In this document: piece by piece, positions 58,201-64,000 of the stretch
Layout of the letters: each line of letters starts with the position of its first letter
How positions within the stretch are numbered: the stretch's first letter is position 1
From: Candidatus Omnitrophota bacterium
Lineage (GTDB): Bacteria; Omnitrophota; Omnitrophia; Omnitrophales; JACROU01
Direction: 5' to 3'
DNA length: 64,000 nt
NCBI GenBank assembly: GCA_016214265.1
Contig: JACROU010000034.1
Location: 5,878 to 69,877 of the forward strand
Position numbers and translations under genes: made by a program
The notes under the pieces: model-generated
What the model was told of the DNA's origin: nothing
What the model saw: only the letters and a program-made list of their open reading frames with translations
The model's database searches: none

Positions 58201-61200
58201 AGTTCCGGCGGCAATCAAAGTCACGTTACCCCCCGCAGTAAACGGCGCGTTAACGGTGATCGATCCTGCCTTCGAGTTCAAACTTAAATTTCGCGCGACC
58301 GTAAATGTGAAATCGCTTGCATTGATCCACAAACTATCGTTGGTCTCGATTGTCAAATCGCGGCCCGAATTAAAATCGTTATAGTCAAAATAAATACTTC
58401 CAGCACCGAAAAGCGTCGAATCGGCCTTAAGAACAATGTCGCCGCCGCCTGTCGTTGTGAAGTACGGAGAATAACCGTTCGTCCACCCCAAATCCAAATC
58501 CCCGGCCGTCAGGCTGATTCCGCCTGCACCGTCGGTATCCACATTGTCATCAAAACCGGCATAACCTGTAGCCGTCATCACAAAACTCGCCGCCGAGATC
58601 CGCCAATCGGCCCAGAAGTCCCGGGCGCTGGCAATGTTGATATCACCCAGCCGCACATTACCGCCGACAGTGTTAGCGAAATAAATATTTCCCGTGCCCG
58701 CGGTCAGAGTAAAGCCCTCCACGCCGGGATTCGTTCCGTCAATCGTGTTGTAGAAGTTGATATTAGCGCCAGGAGAAGCTCCAGAATTTGTGGAATCAAG
58801 AAGGAATCCGCTCGCGGCGAAAATTACCGGCCCGTAGAAATTCATTTGGCCAACGCTGTAAATATTCGCGTCCACTGAAAAAGTCCCCCCACTTGAGTTC
58901 AGGGATCCATTGATAACCAGATTAGAAGCGTTGGTGAAATAGTCGATACTGCCATCAACGGCATTGATACTTAAATTGCAATAATCGTTAGCGCCAAAAT
59001 CTTTGATGATAAAACTGCTCGCCGTCGCGTCGCCATCGCCAACGTAGTTCCAAGTTCCCTGAGTCGTGTCATTGCCCGAAGTCAGAGTAACGTTTTCATT
59101 TCCTTTTAATTGTATCGTGGCCGGATTGGTTAGCGTTCCCGTAACGGAAAAATTTTGACCATTAAGATCGAGAGTGCCGGCAGAGTTGGTAATGTTGTTA
59201 GAAATCACAAGCGCATCTTGAAGCTGCAGCGTGCCAGAACCCGAATGTGTCATATCGTAAAAACTCGATCCACCACTCGTAAGCATCTGAGTATTGACAC
59301 TATCAAAGGTAACCATACCCACGCCTGCCGTAAATGTACCCGTACTCAGCCAGTCGCCGGCGACATTCATATTCACCGAATGACCCGTGAGATTTCCGGT
59401 AATAGAAACATTATTGAAGGAAGTGACGTTCGCACCAAGAACAGAGCCAGCGCCGTTGAAAGTTACCGTGCGAGTACCCGGAATAAATGCTGCCGAATTC
59501 GTCCAATTACCACCAACAGTGATATCACTTACATTTGAATCAAGAGTTCCCGTCGTAATATCAATATGCCTCAACGCAGTGATTGCTCCTCCGAGAGTGA
59601 ATGTCGATGAGGGGTTATTGAACTTAAGATCATAATAAGTTGTACTTGTAACATTACTGGTAATTCCGGAATATTCAAAAAGCGATGTCTGACAATCGAA
59701 AGTGCCCAAGATGACAAAAGACGTAAGAGTTGAAATGACCCCGACAGGTGTCAGCTGCGGAGACATCAGAGTGCCATCTCCTAATTGCCCAAATGCGTTA
59801 TATCCCCACGTCCAGACTGTTCCGTCAGTTTTTAGCGCCACCGTGTGAGCGCTACCCGCTGCTATCCGGGTAACAACTCCCGTAGTCTGACTTTGAACTG
59901 GAACTGATGAATCCGTCGTCGTCACATCCCCTAATTGCCCATATCCGTTATATCCCCACGCCCACACCGTCCCATCGCTCTTTAACGCTACCGTATGATA
60001 ATCGCCCGCCGTTATCCGGCTAACACCCGTGATCTGACTTTGAACAGGAATCGATGAACTATTTGTCGTACCATCTCCTAATTCACCATATCCACCATAT
60101 CCCCAAGCCCAGACTGTCCCGTCCGTCTTTAACGCCACCGTGTGTATCGTATCAGCCGCAATCCCACTCACGACGCCTGTGATTTGACTTTGAACAGGAA
60201 CCGACGAATTATTTGTTGTCCCATTACCCAATTGACCATACCAATTCCCCCCCCATGCCCACACCGTTCCGTCATTCTTTAACGCCACCGTGTGAGAAGA
60301 GCCCGCCGCGATTTCGCTCATAATTCCCGATGTTTGACTTTGAACAGGAACCGATGAATCGGTTGTCGTGCCATCCCCCAATTGGCCGAACCTGTTAAGT
60401 CCCCACGCCCAGACTGTCCCGTCATTCTTTAACGCCACCGTATGATAATAACCCGCCGTGATTTCGCTCATGATTCCCGTTGTTTGACTTTGAACGGGTA
60501 CGGACGAATCCGTTGTCGTCCCATCGCCTAACTGACCATACACGTTATACCCCCAAGCCCACACCGTTCCATCCGTCTTCAACGCTACCGTATGAGAATT
60601 ACCCGCCGCTATCCGGGTGACAATTCCCGTAATTTGACTTTGAACGGGTATGGATGAATTTGTTGTCGTGCCGTCGCCTAATTGACCGTATGAATTAAGT
60701 CCCCACGCCCACACCGTTCCGTCCGTCTTCAACGCTACCGTGTGATAATCGCCCGCCGCGATTTGGGTAACCCCGGTAAAATAACTATTGCCGGCCCACG
60801 CAAGATTCCAGTGACTTGTTCCGGCCTGAAGAGTATGAGTTGCAGATATTTTAAGCTGTCCCGTCATCGTTATTTGGTTCGTTCCCGCTTTCGACGTAGT
60901 CCCGACATCTGATCCATCTCCAAATGTAAGATTGTTGAATGTCCAATCCGTCGCGCCGCCGAAATTACCCGTGCCGACAAGTACAAAATTTCCGCCGGTA
61001 AGATTGATCGCGCCGTCACCTGACACATTTCCACCATTGACGGTAATATCACCGGTTCCCGTTAACGTCTTCGTGGCCCACACGAATAACCCTTGATCTA
61101 CCGTCAGACTGCCGCTTGTCACCGAATAAAGCATATCCGAATCAACCAACGCGCCCTTGGCCGTATTCAAATTCGCAATCGCGATCGGACCCGCAGTTTC

Positions 61201-64000
61201 GTGACGCACAATCAGCGTGCTTCCATATATATCTAGTCCCGTCACACTCGCCGGATTGACAGGAGCGATCGTAACCGTGCTTCCTTTCACCGCATTCCCC
61301 GAGATATACACATCCACATTCCCGCCATTCAACAAATCCACACTGCTGAACGTGTAAGCCCCTCCGGTAGTCACTGCCTGCTCAACAATTAATCGCCCAT
61401 CCACCGCCAGTCGAATCGTCACGCCATCCCCAATCAGGCTCACCCCGAGATCGGTATAAACATTTCCTGATACCGCCGCACCGAAATACCAGTTCGTATT
61501 TCCTAATCCATCCACACTTCCCGTCTCCGCCGCATTGATTATGGTCGCGTTCGTATTGTGCGAATCCTGGACATTGAGATAAGCAATGGTGCGCGTGCCT
61601 TGCGGATCAACATTCCACTGCGTACCGGGCGCGCTCGAGCGGAGCGACAACAGCTGGCCCGCCGCACCTTGTAACGTCATCGTCCCCGTAATCGTCTGCG
61701 TCGAACCCGCCGCGAAGGTGAGTACATCCGCCGCCGCGACCGTCTTCGTTAAATTGTAAAATGTTGTGTCGCCGGAAATCGTCTGATTAGTTCCGTTCAA
61801 CACTACCGTTCCGGTTCCCGCTATAAATGTCGCAGCGTTTGTAAAATTTCCTGTGAGAGTTAATGTGCCGCTCGTCATCGAAAAAGTACCGGCGCTCAGA
61901 TTGAGATTGCCATTCACTGTCACATTATAAGTTGATTCATCAAAATTATTCGAAATCGGAACATAACCGGTAAGAGTCGTATTGCCAAGAACGGTAACGG
62001 GTCCACCAAAAGTGATCGTTCCGCCGCCGGTTGATGTGATGAGTCCGGCGATTTCAAGATCCGCCGCCACGGGCGCCGCCGCGCCTTTTTGGACAGAGAT
62101 ATTTCTGAGCGCCAGCAATTGATCGTTCGCACCGTCGGATTCAATAATCACGCTGTCAACAGCCGGTGCCGTCAGCGAAAAATTGGAGCCGGTCAAAGTA
62201 ATGTCCCGTCCCGCATCTACCTTGCCCGATACTCTCACCCGCACGCCGCCAACTCCGTCCAAATTCGTATCCGCAGTCAGAATAATATCTGAAACCGCAC
62301 CCGCCGCCTGAATCAAAGCAAGCACATCAATATCGTCGGTTGAAGTTATGGTTATTGTCGTTCCCGAAGTGATTGTCCCATTAATCACAACACTGCCCAT
62401 TCCTCCATTCAAAACAATGTTACCGGCCCCCACCGTGAGAGCCGCATTAATTGTCACCCCGGAACCGATCGTGAGCGTTCCGCCTGATCCCGGACTTGAA
62501 TTAATCACATCATTAACTGTGATCGTAGTGCCAGACACAACAGTCACATCACCACCATTCGTCGTAATTCCAACAACTCCGTCCACGGTTCCTATGGCAA
62601 CGGCATTAGCATCTGTGTAACTGATGGCATTGCCCGCGCCAGTCACATTGGCAGCAAAAGTCGCAACATTGTTGCCTGCGTCTGTGAGCGTCACCGCACC
62701 CACTGACTGGACATCCAGACTACTTACCGCAAGTGAAGCAGATTGCGTCACCGTTCCGCCTGTGCGCAGTGAAAGTGTACTGTACGTTGCGGGTGCTGTT
62801 ATCGCCGAAGAAATAGTGATACTTCCAGAGTTTGCCGTGGAACCAATTCGTAAAGTACCCGCTGTAATTTGATCGAGTTCGGTATCTGTAAGGCCAAGCT
62901 TACCCACCGTATTCGTTCCCAAATCAATCTGGCGCGAACTGGTATTTTGAACTAACGTCACAATTCCCGAACCCACATCCACCGAGCCGGAGAATGTCAT
63001 GTCATCTGCTGTAAACGTCAGCGAGCCAGCCGAGATCGTTGAAGAGGCTGTTACATTATTTGCATTGTCGATCGTAAAAATTCCAAGCCGCGTTGTTCCG
63101 CCCACTACCGCGGAAAATGTAATGTCTCCGGAAGTTCCGGATCTCAACGTCAGATTCTCCGTCCCCGCCACCGATCCATTCAATGTTCCCTGAAAACTGA
63201 TATTAGCTCCCCCCGCCGATCCGCCGCCGTTCGTCGTGTCCAAGAGAACACCCACGTCCAAAATCACGCTGTCACTAAACGTAATCGCATTTCCCGCAGT
63301 CACAATATCCGCCGCCAAATGCGCCGTCGCTCCGGAACCGTCTAAATATATGGAAGCGTTCCCCAAACCGGTGATCTGACCGTTCACCTGAATCGAACCT
63401 CCCAAAGCCGGCGAGCGAATCGTCACGGGATCTGTAAACGTCACGGCATTAACCGTAATTAATCCGGATCCGGCCACACGACCGATCGTGATACCGCTAA
63501 AGCCATCTCCGAGAGCTGCAATATCCGTCGACGATAACGCAAGCGTTCCTGCCCCTCCGGCAATTCCGATTGCGGCCGCATCAGATGCCGGCTGCAACGT
63601 AAGTGCCGCACTGCCTGTCACTGAATTAGCGCCACCCAGAAAATCAATTCCATTTGCGGAAAGTATTAAATTATTGACACCTGCAGAAAGTGTTCCCGCG
63701 AATATCAATGAGTTGCTTCCCGCATTCAAAGTAACCGGATTATTAATCGCAACAGTGCCATCAGCGCGGAAATTATCTGCCATAGTCCATGTTCCGCTGG
63801 CGCCATTGAAGGAAACATTATTGAAGTTGCTGCCGCCTGAAGTAATACTGTTTGTTCCCGCCGTCGTAAAGTTCACCGTTCCGCCGCTGAAAGCCCCTCC
63901 AACTTTTGTATCCCAATTGCCGCTGACAGTAATGGTGTTGGCTGCCATAGTGAATGTTCCGCGAATATCAATATCCCCAACATTCACATTTCCACCAGGT
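55168..64000 (-). CDS. giant repeat exoprotein (partial, N-terminus beyond window; >2,900 aa here): beta-helix-like GxxT/NxT repeats, seven-bladed RCC1 propeller, DUF2341-like + LamG/ConA-like module, second RCC1 propeller (interrupted)
   Basis: Long low-complexity G/T/S/N/A-rich passes typical of beta-helical adhesins; RCC1 blades [27 protein letters not shown] x7; LamG-like WFYVD...RIDEVRFS; no stop from 63987 to window edge. Confidence 0.7.
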   Translation of the reverse strand, partial: PGGNVNVGDIDIRGTFTMAANTITVSGNWDTKVGGAFSGGTVNFTTAGTNSITSGGSNFNNVSFNGASGTWTMADNFRADGTVAINNPVTLNAGSNSLIFAGTLSAGVNNLILSANGIDFLGGANSVTGSAALTLQPASDAAAIGIAGGAGTLALSSTDIAALGDGFSGITIGRVAGSGLITVNAVTFTDPVTIRSPALGGSIQVNGQITGLGNASIYLDGSGATAHLAADIVTAGNAITFSDSVILDVGVLLDTTNGGGSAGGANISFQGTLNGSVAGTENLTLRSGTSGDITFSAVVGGTTRLGIFTIDNANNVTASSTISAGSLTFTADDMTFSGSVDVGSGIVTLVQNTSSRQIDLGTNTVGKLGLTDTELDQITAGTLRIGSTANSGSITISSAITAPATYSTLSLRTGGTVTQSASLAVSSLDVQSVGAVTLTDAGNNVATFAANVTGAGNAISYTDANAVAIGTVDGVVGITTNGGDVTVVSGTTITVNDVINSSPGSGGTLTIGSGVTINAALTVGAGNIVLNGGMGSVVINGTITSGTTITITSTDDIDVLALIQAAGAVSDIILTADTNLDGVGGVRVRVSGKVDAGRDITLTGSNFSLTAPAVDSVIIESDGANDQLLALRNISVQKGAAAPVAADLEIAGLITSTGGGTITFGGPVTVLGNTTLTGYVPISNNFDESTYNVTVNGNLNLSAGTFSMTSGTLTLTGNFTNAATFIAGTGTVVLNGTNQTISGDTTFYNLTKTVAAADVLTFAAGSTQTITGTMTLQGAAGQLLSLRSSAPGTQWNVDPQGTRTIAYLNVQDSHNTNATIINAAETGSVDGLGNTNWYFGAAVSGNVYTDLGVSLIGDGVTIRLAVDGRLIVEQAVTTGGAYTFSSVDLLNGGNVDVYISGNAVKGSTVTIAPVNPASVTGLDIYGSTLIVRHETAGPIAIANLNTAKGALVDSDMLYSVTSGSLTVDQGLFVWATKTLTGTGDITVNGGNVSGDGAINLTGGNFVLVGTGNFGGATDWTFNNLTFGDGSDVGTTSKAGTNQITMTGQLKISATHTLQAGTSHWNLAWAGNSYFTGVTQIAAGDYHTVALKTDGTVWAWGLNSYGQLGDGTTTNSSIPVQSQITGIVTRIAAGNSHTVALKTDGTVWAWGYNVYGQLGDGTTTDSSVPVQSQTTGIMSEITAGYYHTVALKNDGTVWAWGLNRFGQLGDGTTTDSSVPVQSQTSGIMSEIAAGSSHTVALKNDGTVWAWGGNWYGQLGNGTTNNSSVPVQSQITGVVSGIAADTIHTVALKTDGTVWAWGYGGYGELGDGTTNSSSIPVQSQITGVSRITAGDYHTVALKSDGTVWAWGYNGYGQLGDVTTTDSSVPVQSQTTGVVTRIAAGSAHTVALKTDGTVWTWGYNAFGQLGDGTLMSPQLTPVGVISTLTSFVILGTFDCQTSLFEYSGITSNVTSTTYYDLKFNNPSSTFTLGGAITALRHIDITTGTLDSNVSDITVGGNWTNSAAFIPGTRTVTFNGAGSVLGANVTSFNNVSITGNLTGHSVNMNVAGDWLSTGTFTAGVGMVTFDSVNTQMLTSGGSSFYDMTHSGSGTLQLQDALVISNNITNSAGTLDLNGQNFSVTGTLTNPATIQLKGNENVTLTSGNDTTQGTWNYVGDGDATASSFIIKDFGANDYCNLSINAVDGSIDYFTNASNLVINGSLNSSGGTFSVDANIYSVGQMNFYGPVIFAASGFLLDSTNSGASPGANINFYNTIDGTNPGVEGFTLTAGTGNIYFANTVGGNVRLGDINIASARDFWADWRISAASFVMTATGYAGFDDNVDTDGAGGISLTAGDLDLGWTNGYSPYFTTTGGGDIVLKADSTLFGAGSIYFDYNDFNSGRDLTIETNDSLWINASDFTFTVARNLSLNSKAGSITVNAPFTAGGNVTLIAAGTIDISNSVTATGGASNVMTVTNGGFFITSAAGDITLDGNFVQNGVGIVNLAGDINTGLGAGRTINFASDVSLTGNVVLTGDLPISTSNFDMATFDMTLNGDLTMTGGSLTAASGTQYYRGNFTISGGTFTPGTSTATFDGVGSHTITSGGASFNNVTILSGTYTLQDAFNVRGNLNIQWQSGYSSRRAIIIDRTKVPADLTGFPVLVSVTDASLIGKVQNGSNYTIKFTDALGAVMPYQVEYYDDTTGKLIAWVKADLSSVRDTTLYLDYGASATADTQNASAVWDSNYAGVWHLADGTVLSTTDSTANANNGLILGPTATAGQIDGAGSFGGINDYISIPDSNSWNLTTSDGTISVWFYVDTMPATAADAGGLVNQVNNDQNWAIYYYGDGRVGVGRAGINEIVSAGGIISSGQWYNAVVVTSAGTTTIYVNTANVASDTTAVWTDSSNPLRIGGHTYNNIPYYVAGRIDEVRFSSTARSAEWIQTEYNNQSNPSTFHTLGGEVTSASVLVAGSNSINVGGNWTNTGATFNANTGTVTFDGAGIQNITSSGTSFNNFTVNKSAGSAVLIDALDVNGNVIITAGDLASGGQNIKVAGNWTNSGTFTAGSGTVTFDGTSAQTITSGGSNFNNLTYSGSGTLEPTDALTMAGDLQVTAGSLIGTKNIAVQGGDVTGDGTINLIGGTFSLAGTGNFGGATDWTFNHLTFGDGATAEVTSKILANQVTVSGQLTVELNHRLEAGSGTWNLNTTAVGTLSNISQIAGGGYFTVALTMDGLVYAWGYNAQGQLGDGTTNNSSVPVEVLGVGGVGFLKNISFIKTGYDHTVALKSDGSRVYAWGSNDHGQLGNNGATGNSSTPVEVLGVGGVDYLQNISQIDTGLFHTVALKSGEGPKVYAWGGNNKGQLGDGTMNDALVPVEVLGMGGIGNLQDIVQVAAGFYHTVALKTDGTVLAWGDNASGQLGDGTMNDSSVPVEVVDISGFGILLNISQIDAGSYHSVALSNNGFWASAVWDS
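55748..55799. repeat. exact 52-bp direct repeat (copy 2)
   Basis: Identical to 55143-55194. Confidence 0.9.
56700..57660 (-). other. DUF2341-like + LamG/concanavalin-A-like lectin module inside giant protein
   Basis: ...[26 protein letters not shown]... followed by ...[11 protein letters not shown]...[15 protein letters not shown]...[22 protein letters not shown]... ; domain names from memory. Confidence 0.45.
59745..60790 (-). repeat. RCC1 propeller A: seven tandem ~150-bp blade repeats inside giant gene
   Basis: Seven consecutive ...[42 protein letters not shown]... units; visible as near-identical ~150-nt periodicity on plus strand. Confidence 0.6.

Noticed and set aside
1-64000. CRISPR arrays, IS elements, phage or defence-system genes
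   Set aside because: No short regularly spaced repeats, transposase, integrase, nuclease or ATPase pairs typical of defence islands were recognised. The only strong DNA repeats are intragenic (RCC1 blades) or short regulatory motifs.

Overview
This is a densely coded 64-kb segment of a Gram-negative (diderm) bacterial chromosome. Nearly every gene is on the minus strand, and many adjacent genes overlap at their start/stop codons.

From left to right the window contains:
- A partial alpha/beta-hydrolase gene coupled to an NAD-salvage pair (pncA-pncB), followed by efp, pgeF and a secreted glycoside-hydrolase-like protein.
- A D-Ala-D-Ala carboxypeptidase, a GH57 branching enzyme paired with a DUF4912 protein, and sixA.
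- A divergently transcribed CYTH-CHAD gene next to a large phosphate / polyphosphate block: ppk1-ppx-ROK kinase-phoU-pstBACS, a phosphate-porin-like outer-membrane protein, and phoR-phoB.
- crcB-DUF190 lying directly upstream of phoBR. Upstream of porin, pstS and crcB there are 11-bp-phased TTtACa repeats that look like Pho boxes, including an exact 18-nt copy shared by pstS and crcB.
- A Zn/Mn uptake block: a coiled-coil porin, znuA, znuB with no ATPase, and a deoxyhypusine-synthase-like gene.
- A small His/Cys-rich membrane protein.
- An ars operon (acr3-arsC) headed by a DUF134 regulator instead of ArsR, with a perfect palindrome just upstream of its start codon.
- A multi-component phosphorelay: Hpt, a triple-receiver hybrid kinase, an HTH-receiver regulator, two CheY-like receivers, a sensor kinase, a PBP-like protein and a third coiled-coil porin.
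- tRNA-His, a riboflavin operon interrupted by nusB, then rluD, lgt, lspA, a dksA-like gene, an orphan B12-radical-SAM gene and pgi.

At the right end there is a ShlB/FhaC-type outer-membrane transporter next to a giant gene of more than 3,700 codons that runs off the window. This gene encodes beta-helix-like repeats, two seven-bladed RCC1 propellers and a DUF2341-LamG module. It is split into two ORFs by a frameshift inside the second propeller, at one of two exact 52-bp repeats.

All calls rest on motif and domain recognition by eye and on gene context. No database searches were run.
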